64,000 nt of DNA from the human T2T-CHM13v2.0 reference genome, Homo sapiens, in NCBI RefSeq assembly GCF_009914755.1, contig NC_060948.1. One strand, written 5' to 3'. Below, in pieces: positions 28,685 through 42,899 of the stretch; positions within the stretch are counted from its first letter, which is position 1, and each line of letters starts with the position of its first letter. Made by a program: the position numbers and the translations under genes. Below the pieces are notes generated by a model, which searched no databases, had not been told where the DNA came from, and saw only the letters and a program-made list of their open reading frames with translations.

Positions 28685-31600
28685 AGGCCTGGAATAAAGT
28701 GGAATGCTACGGTCTCGAATGGAATAAAAATGTATGGAATGGAATGCAATGAAACGGAATCGAATGTCATAGAATGTAATGGAATGCAAAAAAATGGAAT
28801 CCAAAATCATTGACTGGAAAGGCTGGGTGTCGAAAGGAATTGACTCCAATGGAATGGAATCGAATGGAGTGGAAGTGAATAGAATCGAACTAAATCGAAT
28901 GGAATGGAATTGATAGGAACGGAATGGAAAGGAATGCAATGATTTGGCACGGAATGGAATCGAATGACATCGAATGGAATGGAATGGAATGCAATGGAAT
29001 GGAACGTATTAGAATGTAATGAACTTTAATGGAATGTACTCGAATGGATTCGACTGGAATGGAATGTTATGGAAGTGAATGGACTCCAATGGAATGGATT
29101 CAAAAGGAATGGAATCGTACGGAATGGAATCTAATGGAATGGAATTAAATGGAAATGAATCAAATTGAATAGCACGGAATTGAATTGAATGGAATGGAAT
29201 GCAATGGAATCTAATGAAACGGAAAGGAAAGGAATGGAATGGAATGGAATGGGCTGGAATGGAAAGGAATCGAAACGAATGGAATGGAATCGAACTGAAG
29301 AGACTGGAATGGAATGCACTGGAATGGAAGGGAGTGTAATGGAAGTTTCTCGAAAAAAATGGAATCGAATGGAATGGAATTGAATGGAACGGAATAGAGT
29401 CGAATGGAATTGAATGGAATGGAATGGACTAGAGTGAAATGGAATCGAACCACAAGGAATGGACTGGAATAGAATGGTCTCGAATTGAATGGAATCGTAT
29501 GGAATGGCATCAAACGGAATGGAATGGACAGCCACGGAATGGAATGCACTCGAATGCAATGGAGTCGAAACTAATGGACTGGAATAGAATGGACTCGACT
29601 GGTACGGACTCCAATGGAATGGAATCGAATGGAAGGGAATCGAACGGAATGGACTCGAAGGGAAAAGACTGCAATGGAAAGGTCTCGAATGGAATGGAAA
29701 TAAATGGAATGGAATGGAATCGAATGAAATGGAGTCAAAAGGAATGGAATCGAATGGCAAGAAATCGAATGTAATGGAATCGCAAGGAATTGATGTGAAC
29801 GGAACGGAATGGAATGGAATCCAAAGGAATGGAATAAAATGGAATGGAATCGAATGGAAAGGACTCGAATGGAAATCACTCGAATAGAATGCAATTTAAT
29901 AAAATAGGACCAAATGTAATGGAATGGAATGGAAAGGAATCGAAACGGAAGGAATGGAGACAGATGGAATGGAATGGAACAGAGAGCAATGGTATAGAAT
30001 GGAATGGAATCATCTGGAATGGAATGGAATGGAATGGAATGAAATGCCCTTGAATTAAATGGACTGGAATGGAATGGACTCGAACAGAGTGGAATGGAAA
30101 GTGTTGAGATAGAATGGAATGGACTCTTTTGGAATGGTCTAGTATGCAATGCAATCGACTGGCAGGGAATCAAAAGGAATGTAATCGAATGGATTGGACT
30201 GGAATGCAATGGACTGGAATAGATTGCAAACGGGATGCAAAGGAATGGAATGGAATAGTATGGAATGGAATGGAAAGGAATGGAGTGGAATAGACTAGAG
30301 TGGAATGGAATGGACTGGAAAGAAATGGACTGGAATGGAACTTTCTTGAATGGACTGGAATCAAACGGAATGGAATGCAATGCAATCAAATGGCATGGAA
30401 TAAAATAGAATGAAAGAGAATCAAATGGAATTGAATCGAATGGAATCGAATGGATTGGAAAGGAATAGAATGGAATGGAATGGAATTGACTCAAATGGAA
30501 TGGACTAGAATGGAATGGATTCGAATGGAAGGCAAAGGAATGGAATCTATTGGAATGGAATGTAATGGAATGGAATGGAAGGGATTGGAATGGACTCGAA
30601 TGGAATGGACTGCAATAGAAAGGATTCGAATGGAATGAAAAAGAATTGAATGGAATAAAACAGAATGGAATGAAATCGAATGAAATGGAATGGAATAGAA
30701 AGGAATGGAATGAAATGGAATGGAAAGGATTCGAATGGAATGCAATCGAATGGAATGGAATCGAACGGAATGGAATAAAATGGAAGAAAACTGGCAAGAA
30801 ATGGAATCGAAATGAATGGAGTGTTATGGAACGGACTCAAAAGGAATTGAATGTAATAGAATGGAGTGGAGTGGACTCGAATATAATGGACTGGAATGGA
30901 ATGAAATCACATGGAATGGGAACGAATGGAATGGAATGGAAAGGAATGGAATCGAATGGAAAGGAATCGAATGGAAGGGAATGAAATTGAATCAACAGGA
31001 ATGGAAGGGAATAGAATAGACGGTAATGGAATGGACTCGAATAGAATGGACACGAATGCTCAAATTGAATGGACTCGAATGGAATGGAAACGAAAGGAAT
31101 GTCATCGAATGGAATTGAATGGATTGGAATGAAATCGCATAGAATGGAGTGGAATCAAATGGAATTGAATCGAAAGGAAAGGAAGCGAATGGACTGAAAT
31201 GAAATGGAATGGAATTGAATGGAAAGTAATGCAATGGAATAGAATGGAACGAAATTTCACGGAATGGAATCAAACTGAATGGAATCAAATCAATGGAATC
31301 AAATCAAATGGAATGGAAAGGAATTGAATGGAGTAGATTGGATTGGATGGGATTGGAATGAAATGTACTGGAAAGGACTCGAATTTCATGAAACGGAATG
31401 GAATGAATTGGAACGGAATGGACTCGAATGGAATGGAATGTCATGGAATGGCATCAAATGGAATGGCATCAAATGGAATGGAATCGAATGCAATGGAATG
31501 CTATGGAATGGAATGGAATGCATTGGAATGGAATGTCCCCTAATGGAATGGATTCGAGTGGAATGGAATCGAATATAATGGAGTCGAATGAAATGGAATT

Positions 31601-32228
31601 GAAAGGAATGGGATCGAATAGAATGGAATATACTGGAATGTAATGTAATGAACTCGAATGTAATTGACTGGAATGGAATGTACATGAATGGAATGTAATC
31701 GAATGGAAAGTAATCCAATGGAATAGAATCTAATGCAATAAAACCGACTCAGATAGAGTAGAATGTAATGGAATGGAGTGCAGTGCAGTGGAAGGGAATG
31801 GAATTGAATGCAATGGAATGGAATGGAATGGAATGGAATGGAATGGAATGGAATGGAATGGAATGGGATGGAATGGTATGGAATGGATAGTAATGGACTG
31901 GAGTGAAATGGACTGGAAAGGAATGGACTCAAATTGAAAGGGCTCGAAAGGAATGGAGTCAAATGGAATGGTCTGGAATGGAATGAACACGAATGTAATG
32001 CAATCCAATAGAATGGAATCGAATGGCATGGAATATAAAGAAATGGAATCGAAGAGAATGGAAACAAATGGAATGGAATTGAATGGAATGGAATTGAATG
32101 GAATGGGAACGAATGGAGTGAAATTGTATGCAGTAGAAGGGAATAGAATGGAATGCAAGCGAAAGGAAAGGAATGGATTGGAATGGAATGGAATTCATTG
32201 GAATGGAAGGGAATGTAGTGTAATGGAC
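28685..32228 (+). repeat. Unit U9 (3,544 bp)
   Basis: AGGCCT at 28685 and 32229; 30-bp deletion near 30020. Confidence 0.9.
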
Positions 32229-35200
32229 AGGCCTGGAATAAAGTGGAATGCTACGGTCTCGAATGGAATAAAAATGTATGGAATGGAATGCAATGAAACG
32301 GAATCGAATGTCATAGAATGTAATGGAATGCAAAAAAATGGAATCCAAAATCATTGACTGGAAAGGCTGGGTGTCGAAAGGAATTGACTCCAATGGAATG
32401 GAATCGAATGGAATGGAAGTGAATAGAATCGAACTAAATCGAATGGAATGGAATTGATAGGAACGGAATGGAAAGGAATGCAATGATTTGGCATGGAATG
32501 GAATCGAATGGCATCGAATGGAATGGAATGGAATGCAATGGAATGGAATGTATTAGAATGTAATGAACTTTAATGGAATGTACTCGAATGGATTCGACTG
32601 GAATGGAATGTTCTGGAAGTGAATGGACTCCAATGGAATGGATTCCAAAGGAATGGAATCGTACGGAATGGAATCTAATGGAATGGAATTAAATGGAAAT
32701 GAATCAAATTGAATAGCACGGAATTGAATTGAATGGAATGGAATGCAATGGAATCTAATGAAACGGAAAGGAAAGGAATGGAATGGAATGGAATGGACTG
32801 GAATGGAAAGGAATCGAAACGAATGGAATGGAATCGAACTGAAGAGACTGGAATGGAATGCACTGGAATGGAAGGGAGTGTAATGGAAGGTTCTCGAAAA
32901 AAATGGAATCGAATGGAATGGAATTGAATGGAACGGAATAGAGTCGAATGGAATTGAATGGAATGGAATGGACTAGAGTGAAATGGAATCGAACCACAAG
33001 GAATGGACATGAATAGAATGGTCTCGAATTGAATGGAATCGTATGGAATGGCATCAAACGGAATGGAATGGACAGCCACGGAATGGAATGCACTCGAATG
33101 CAATGGAGTCGAAACTAATGGACTGGAATAGAATGGACTCGACTGGTACGGACTCCAATGGAATGGAATCGAATGAAAGGGAATCGAACGGAATGGACTC
33201 GAAGGGAAATGACTGCAATGGAAAGGTCTCGAATGGAATGGAAATTAATGGAATGGAATGGAATCGAATGAAATGGAGTCAAAAGGAATGGAATCGAATG
33301 GCAAGAAATCGAATGTAATGGAATCACAAGGAATTGATGTGAACGGAACGGAATGGAATGGAATCCAAAGGAATGGAATAGAATGGAATGGAATCGAATG
33401 GAAAGGACTCGAATGGAAATCACTCGAATAGAATGCAATTTAATAAAATAGGATCAAATGTAATGGAATGGAATGGAAAGGAATCGAAACGAAAGGAATG
33501 GAGACAGATGGAATGGAATGGAACAGAGAGCAATGGTATAGAATGGAATGGAATCATCTGGAATGGAATTGAATGGAATGGAATAATATGAAATGGAATG
33601 GAATGGAATGGAATGGAATGCCCTTGAATTAAATGGACTGGAATGGAATGGACTCGAACAGAGTGGAATGGAAAGTGTTGAGATAGAATGGAATGGACTC
33701 CTTTGGAATGGTCTAGTATGCAATGCAATCGACTGGCAGGGAATCAAAAGGAATGTAATGGAATGGATTGGACTGGAATGCAATGGACTCGAATAGATTG
33801 CAAACGGAATGCAAAGGAATGGAATGGAATATTATGGAATGGAATGGAAAGGAATGGAGTGGAATAGACTAGAGTGGAATGGAATGGACTGGAAAGAAAT
33901 GGACTGGAATGGAACTTTCTTGAATGGACCTGAATCAAACGGAATGGAATGCAATGCAATCAAATGGCATGGAATAAAATAGAATGAAAGAGAATCAAAT
34001 GGAATTGAATCGAATGGAATCGAATGGATTGGAAAGGAATAGAATGGAATGGAATGGAATTGACTCAAATGGAATGGACTAGAATGGAATGGATTCGAAT
34101 GGAAGGCAAAGGAATGGAATCTATTGGAATGGACTGTAATGGAATGGAATGGAAGGGATTGGAATGGACTCGAATGGAATGGACTGCAATAGAAAGGATT
34201 CGAATGGAATGAAAAAGAATTGAATGGAATAAAACAGAATGGAATGAAATCGAATGAAATGGAATGGAATAGAAAGGAATGGAATGAAATGGAATGGAAA
34301 GGATTCGAATGGAATGCAATCGAATGGAATGGAATCGAACGGAATGGAATAAAATGGAAGAAAACTGGCAAGAAATGGAATCGAAATGAATGGAGTGTTA
34401 TGGAACGGACTCAAAAGGAATTGAATGTAATAGAATGGAGTGGAGTGGACTCGAATATAATGGACTGGAATGGAATGAAATCACATGGAATGGGAACGAA
34501 TGGAAAGGAATGGAATCGAATGGAAAGGAATCGAATGGAAGGGAATGAAATTGAATCAACAGGAATGGAAGGGAATAGAATAGACGGTAATGGAATGGAC
34601 TCGAATAGAATGGACACGAATGCTCAAATTGAATGGACTCGAATGGAATGGAAACGAAAGGAATGTCATCGAATGGAATTGAATCGATTGGAATGAAATC
34701 GCATAGAATGGAGTGGAATCAAATGGAATTGAATCGAAAGGAAAGGAAGCGAATGGACTGAAATGAAATGGAATGGAATTGAATGGAAAGTAATGCAATG
34801 GAATAGAATGGAACGAAATTTCACGGAATGGAATCAAACTGAATGGAATCAAATCAATGGCATCAAATCAAATGGAATGGAAAGGAATTGAATGGAGTAG
34901 ATTGGATTGGATGGGATTGGAATGAAATGTACTGGAAAGGACTCGAATTTCATGAAACGGAATGGAATGAATTGGAACGGAATGGACTCGAATGGAATGG
35001 AATGTCATGGAATGGCATCAAATGGAATGGCATCAAATGGAATGGAATCGAATGCAATGGAATGCTATGGAATGGAATGGAATGCATTGGAATGGAATGT
35101 CCCCTAATGGAATGGATTCGAGTGGAATGGAATCGAATATAATGGAGTCGAATGAAATTTAATTGAAAGGAATGGGATCGAATAGAATGGAATATACTGG

Positions 35201-35777
35201 AATGTAATGTAATGAACTCGAATGTAATTGACTGGAATGGAATGTACATGAATGGAATGTAATCGAATGGAAAGTAATCCAATGGAATAGAATCTAATGC
35301 AATAAAACCGACTCAGATAGAGTAGAATGTAATGGAATGGAGTGCAGTGCAATGGAAGGGATTGGAATTGAATGCAATGGAATGGAATGGAATGGAATGG
35401 AATGGAATGGAATGGGATGGAATGGTATGGAATGGATAGTAATGGACTGGAGTGAAATGGACTGGAAAGGAATGGACTCAAATTGAAAGGGCTCGAAAGG
35501 AATGGAGTCAAATGGAATGGTCTGGAATGGAATGAACACGAATGTAATGCAATCCAATAGAATGGAATCGAATGGCATGGAATATAAAGAAATGGAATCG
35601 AAGAGAATGGAAACAAATGGAATGGAATTGAGTGGAATGGAATTGAATGGAATGGGAACGAATGGAATGAAATTGTATGCAGTAGAAGGGAATAGAATGG
35701 AATGCAAGCGAAAGGAAAGGAATGGATTGGAATGGAATGGAATTCATTGGAATGGAAGGGAATGTAGTGTAATGGAC
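32229..35777 (+). repeat. Unit U10 (3,549 bp)
   Basis: AGGCCT at 32229 and 35778. Confidence 0.9.
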
Positions 35778-38700
35778 AGGCCTGGAATAAAGTGGAATGC
35801 TACGGTCTCGAATGGAATAAAAATGTATGGAATGGAATGCAATGAAACGGAATCGAATGTCATAGAATGTAATGGAATGCAAAAAAATGGAATCCAAAAT
35901 CATTGACTGGAAAGGCTGGGTGTCGAAAGGAATTGACTCCAATGGAATGGAATCGAATGGAATGGAAGTGAATAGAATCGAAGTAAATCGAATGGAATGG
36001 AATTGATAGGAACGGAATGGAAAGGAATGCAATGATTTGGCATGGAATGGAATCGAATGGCATCGAATGGAATGGAATGGAATGCAATGGAATGGAATGT
36101 ATTAGAATGTAATGAACTTTAATGGAATGTACTCGAATGGATTCGACTGGAATGGAATGTTGTGGAAGTGAATGGACTCCAATGGAATGGATTCCAAAGG
36201 AATGGAATCGTACGGAATGGAATCTAATGGAATGGAATTAAATGGAAATGAATCAAATTGAATAGCACGGAATTGAATTGAATGGAATGGAATGCAATGG
36301 AATCTAATGAAACGGAAAGGAAAGGAATGGAATGGAATGGAATGGGCTGGAATGGAAAGGAATCGAAACGAATGGAATGGAATCGAACTGAAGAGACTGG
36401 AATGGAATGCACTGGAATGGAAGGGAGTGTAATGGAAGGTTCTCGAAAAAAATGGAATCGAATGGAATGGAATTGAATGGAACGGAATAGAGTCGAATGG
36501 AATTGAATGGAATGGAATGGACTAGAGTGAAATGGAATCGAACCACAAGGAATGGAGAGGAATAGAATGGTCTCGAATTGAATGGAATCGTATGGAATGG
36601 CATCAAACGGAATGGAATGGACAGCCACGGAATGGAATGCACTCGAATGCAATGGAGTCGAAACTAATGGACTGGAATAGAATGGACTCGACTGGTACGG
36701 ACTCCAATGGAATGGAATCGAATGGAAGGGAATCGAACGGAATGGACTCGAAGGGAAAAGACTGCAATGGAAAGGTCTCGAATGGAATGGAAATTAATGG
36801 AATGGAATGGAATCGAATGAAATGGAGTCAAAAGGAATGGAATCGAATGGCAAGAAATCGAATGTAATGGAATCGCAAGGAATTGATGTGAACGGAACGG
36901 AATGGAATGGAATCCAAAGGAATGGAATAGAATGGAATGGAATCGAATGGAAAGGACTCGAATGGAAATCACTCGAATAGAATGCAATTTAATAAAATAG
37001 GATCAAATGTAATGGAATGGAATGGAAAGGAATCGAAACGAAAGGAATGGAGACAGATGGAATGGAATGGAACAGAGAGCAATGGTATAGAATGGAATGG
37101 AATCATCTGGAATGGAATTGAATGGAATGGAATAATATGAAATGGAATGGAATGGAATGGAATGGAATGCCCTTGAATTAAATGGACTGGAATGGAATGG
37201 ACTCGAACAGAGTGGAATGGAAAGTGTTGAGATAGAATGGAATGGACTCCTTTGGAATGGTGTAGTATGCAATGCAATCGACTGGCAGGGAATCAAAAGG
37301 AATGTAATCGAATGGATTGGACTGGAATGCAATGGACTCGAATAGATTGGAAACGGAATGCAAAGGAATGGAATGGAATAGTATGGAATGGAATGGAAAG
37401 GAATGGAGTGGAATAGACTAGAGTGGAATGGAATGGACTGGAAAGCAATGGACTGGAATGGAACTTTCTTGAATGGACTGGAATCAAACGGAATGGAATG
37501 CAATACAATCAAATGGCATGGAATAAAATAGAATGAAAGAGAATCAAATGGAATTGAATCGAATGGAATCGAATGGATTGGAAAGGAATAGAATGGAATG
37601 GAATGGAATTGACTCAAATGGAATGGACTAGAATGGAATGGATTCGAATGGAAGGCAAAGGAATGGAATCTATTGGAATGGACTGTAATGGAATGGAATG
37701 GAAGGGATTGGAATGGACTCGAATGGAATGGACTGCAATAGAAAGGATTCGAATGGAATGAAAAAGAATTGAATGGAATAGAACAGAATGGAATCAAATC
37801 GAATGAAATGGAATGGAATAGAAAGGAATGGAATGAAATGGAATGGAAAGGATTCGAATGGAATGCAATCGAATGGAATGGAATCGAAAGGAATGGAATA
37901 AAATGGAAGAAAACTGGCAAGAAATGGAATCGAAATGAATGGAGTGTTATGGAACGGACTCAAAAGGAATTGAATGGAATAGAATGGAATGGAGTGGACT
38001 CGAATATAATGGACTGGAATGGAATGAAATCACATGGAATGGGAACGAATGGAATGGAATGGAAAGGAATGGAATCGAATGGAAAGGAATCGAATGGAAG
38101 GGAATGAAATTGAATCAACAGGAATGGAAGGGAATAGAATAGACGGTAATGGAATGGACTCGAATAGAATGGACAGGAATGCTCAAATTGAATGGACTCG
38201 AATGGAATGGAAACGAAAGGAATGTCATCGAATGGAATTGAATCGATTGTAATGAAATCGCATAGAATGGAGTGGAATCAAATGGAATTGAATCGAAAGG
38301 AAAGGAAGCAAATGGACTGAAATGAAATGGAATGGAATTGAATGGAAAGTTATGTAATGGAATAGAATGGAACGAAATTTCACGGAATGGAATCAAACTG
38401 AATGGAATCAAATCAATGGAATCAAATCAAATGGAATGGAAAGGAATTGAATGGAGTAGATTGGATTGGATGGGATTGGAATGAAATGTACTGGAAAGGA
38501 CTCGAATTTCATGAAACAGAATGGAATGAATTGGAACGGAATGGACTCGAATGGAATGGAATGTCATGGAATGGCATCAAATGGAATGGCATCAAATGGA
38601 ATGGAATCGAATGCAATGGAAGGCTATGGAATGGAATGGAATGCATTGGAATGGAATGTCCTCTAATGGAATGGATTCGAGTGGAATGGAATCGAATATA

Positions 38701-39331
38701 ATGGAGTCGAATGAAATGGAATTGAAAGGAATGGGATCGAATAGAATGGAATATACTGGAATGTAATATAATGAACTCGAATGTAATTGACTGGAATGGA
38801 ATGTACATGAATGGAATGTAATCGAATGGAAAGTAATCCAATGGAATAGAATCTAATGCAATAAAACCGACTCAGATAGAGTAGAATGTAATGGAATGGA
38901 GTGCAGTGCAATGGAATGGAATGGAATGGAATGCAATGGAATGGAATGGAATGGAATGGAATGGAATGGAATGGAATGGTGTGGAATGGATAGTAATGGA
39001 CTGGAGTGAAATGGACTGGAAAGGAATGGACTCAAATTGAAAGGGCTCGAAAGGAATGGAGTCAAATGGAATGGTCTGGAATGGAATGAACACGAATGTA
39101 ATGCAATCCAGTAGAATGGAATCGAATGGCATGGAATATAAAGAAATGGAATCGAAGAGAATGGAAACAAATGGAATGGAATTGAATGGAATGGAATTGA
39201 ATGGAATGGGAACGAATGGAGTGAAATTGTATGCTGTAGAAGAGAATAGAATGGAATGCAAGCGAAAGGAAAGGAATGGATTAGAATGGAATGGAATTCA
39301 TTGGAATGGAAGGGAATGTAGTGTAATGGAC
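35778..39331 (+). repeat. Unit U11 (3,554 bp)
   Basis: AGGCCT at 35778 and 39332. Confidence 0.9.
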
Positions 39332-42300
39332 AGGCCTGGAATAAAGTGGAATGCTACGGTCTCGAATGGAATAAAAATATATGGAATGGAATGCAATGAA
39401 ACGGAATCGAATGTCATAGAATGTAATGGAATGAAAGAAATGGAATCCAAAAACATTGACTGGAAAGGCTGGGTGTCGAAAGGAATTGACTCCAATGGAA
39501 TGGAATCGAATGGAATGGAAGTGAATAGAATCGAACTAAATCGAATGGAATGGAATTGATAGGAACGGAATGGAAATGAATGCAATGATTTGGCATGGAA
39601 TGGAATCGAATGGCATCGAATGGAATGGAATGGAATGCAATGGAATGGAATGTATTAGAAAGTAATGAACTTTAATGGAATGTACTCGAATGGATTCGAC
39701 TGGAATGGAATGTTCTGGAAGTGAATGGACTCCAATGGAATGGATTCAAAAGGAATGGAATCGTACGGAATGGAATCTAATGGAATGGAATTAAATGGAA
39801 ATGAATCAAATTGAATAGCACGGAATTGAATTGAATGGAATCGAATGCAATGGAATCTAATGAAACGGAAAGGAAAGGAATGGAATGGAATGGAATGGGC
39901 TGGAATGGAAAGGAATCGAAACGAATGGAATGGAATCGAACTGAAGAGACTGGAATGGAATGCACTGGAATGGAAGGGAGTGTAATGGAAGGTTCTCGAA
40001 AAAAATGGAATCGAATGGAATGGAATTGAATGGAACGGAATAGAGTCGAATGGAATTGAATGGAATGGAATGGACTAGAGGGAAATGGAATCGAACCACA
40101 AGGAATGGACAGGTATAGAATGGTCTCGAATTGAATGGAATCGTATGGAATGGCATCAAACGGAATGGAATGGACAGCCACGGAATGGAATGCACTCGAA
40201 TGCAATGGAGTCGAAACTAATGGACTGGAATAGAATGGACTCGACTGGTACGGACTCCAATGGAATGGAATCGAATGGAAGGGAATCGAACGGAATGGAC
40301 TCGAAGGGAAAAGACTGCAATGGAAAGGTCTCGAATGGAATGGAAATTAATGGAATGGAATGGAATCGAATGAAATGGAGTCAAAAGGAATGGAATCGAA
40401 TGGCAAGAAATCGAATGTAATGGAATCGCAAGGAATTGATGTGAATGGAGCGGAATGGAATGGAATCCAAAGGAATGGAATCGAATGGAAAGGACTCGAA
40501 TGGAAATCACTCGAATAGAATGCAATTTAATAAAATAGGATCAAATGTAATGGAATGGAATGGAAAGGAATCGAAACGAAAGGAATGGAGACAGATGGAA
40601 TGGAATGGAACAGAGAGCAATGGTATAGAATGGAATGGAATCATCTGGAATGGAATTGAATGGAATGGAATAATATGAAATGGAATGGAATGGAATGGAA
40701 TGGAATGCCCTTGAATTAAATGGACTGGAATGGAATGGACTCGAACAGAGTGGAATGGAAAGTGTTGAGATAGAATGGAATGGACTCCTTTGGAATGGTG
40801 TAGTATGCAATGCAATCGACTAGCAGGGAATCAAAAGGAATGTAATGGAATGGATTGGACTGGAATGCAATGGACTCGAATAGATTGGAAACGGAATGCA
40901 AAGGAATGCAATGGAATAGGATGGAATGGAATGGAAAGGAATGGAGTGGAATAGACTAGAGTGGAATGGAATGGACTGGAAAGCAATGGACTGGAATGGA
41001 ACTTTCTTGAATGGACTGGAATCAAACGGAATAGAATGCAATGCCATCAAATGGCATGGAATAAAATAGAATGAAAGAGAATCAAATGGAATTGAATCGA
41101 ATGGAATCGAATGGATTGGAAAGGAATAGAATGGAATGGAATGGAATTGACTCAAATGGAATGGATTCGAATGGAATGGATTCGAATGGAAGGCAAAGGA
41201 ATGGAATCTATTGGAATGGACTGTAATGGACTGTAATGGAATGGAATGGAAAGGATTGGAATGGACTCGAATGGAATGGACTGCAATAGAAAGGATTCGA
41301 ATGGAATTAAAAAGAATTGAATGGAATAGAACAGAATGGAATCAAATCGAATGAAATGGAATGGAATAGAAAGGAATGGAATGAAATGGAATGGAAAGGA
41401 TTCGAATGGAATGCAATCGAATGGAATGGAATCGAACGGAATGGAATAAAATGGAAGAAAACTGGCAAGAAATGGAATCGAAATGAATGGAGTGTTATGG
41501 AACGGACTCAAAAGGAATTGAATGTAATAGAATGGAGTGGAGTGGACTCGAATATAATGGACTGGAATGGAATGAAATCACATGGAATGGGAACGAATGG
41601 AATGGAATGGAAAGGAATGGAATCGAATGGAAAGGAATCGAATGGAAGGGAATGAAATTGAATCAACAGGAATGGAAGGGAATAGAATAGACGGTAATGG
41701 AATGGACTCGAATAGAATGGACACGAATGCTCAAATTGAATGGACTCGAATGGAATGGAAACGAAAGGAATGTCATCGAATGGAATTGAATCGATTGTAA
41801 TGAAATCGCATAGAATGGAGTGGAATCAAATGGAATTGAATCGAAAGGAAAGGAAGCGAATGGACTGAAATGAAATGGAATGGAATTGAATGGAAAGTAA
41901 TGCAATGGAATAGAATGGAACGAAATTTCACGGAATGGAATCAAACTGAATGGAATCAAATCAATGGAATCAAATCAAATGGAATGGAAAGGAATTGAAT
42001 GGAGTAGATTGGATTGGATGGGATTGGAATGAAATGTACTGGAAAGGACTCGAATTTCATGAAACGGAATGGAATGAATTGGAACGGAATGGACTCGAAT
42101 GGAATGGAATGTCATGGAATGGCATCAAATGGAATGGCATCAAATGGAATGGAATCGAATGCAATGGAATGCTATGGAATGGAATGGAATGCATTGGAAT
42201 GGAATGTCCTCTAATGGAATGGATTCGAGTGGAATGGAATCGAATATAATGGAGTCGAATGAAATGGAATTGAAAAGAATGGGATCGAATACAATGGAAT

Positions 42301-42899
42301 ATACTGGAATGTAATGTAATGAACTCGAATGTAATTGACTGGAATGGAATGTACATGAATGGAATGTAATCGAATGGAAAGTAATCCAATGGAATAGAAT
42401 CTAATGCAATAAAACCGACTCAGATAGAGTAGAATGTAATGGAATGGAGTGCAGTGCAATGGAAGGGAATGGAATTGAATGCAATGGAATGGAATGGAAT
42501 GGAATGGAATGGAATGGAATGGAATGGAATGGAATGGGATGGAATGGCATGGAATGGATAGTAATGGACTGGAGTGAAATGGACTGGAAAGGAATGGACT
42601 CAAATTGAAAGGGCTCGAAAGGAATGGAGTCAAATGGAATGGTCTGGAATGGAATGAACACGAATGTAATGCAATCCAATAGAATGGAATCGAATGGCAT
42701 GGAATATAAAGAAATGGATTCGAAGAGAATGGAAACAAATGGAATGGAATTGAATGGAATGGAATTGAATGGAATGGGAACGAATGGAGTGAAATTGTAT
42801 GCAGTAGAAGGGAATAGAATGGAATGCAAGCGAAAGGAAAGGAATGGATTGGAATGGAATGGAATTCATTGGAATGGAAGGGAATGTAGTGTATTGGAC
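39332..42899 (+). repeat. Unit U12 (3,568 bp)
   Basis: AGGCCT at 39332 and 42900. Confidence 0.9.

Noticed and set aside
29571-30797. Longest ORF, 408 aa on the minus strand
   Set aside because: It arises from a chance stop loss (T>C at 29910, TGA to TGG on the minus strand) in one unit; the CATTC strand is inherently stop-poor.
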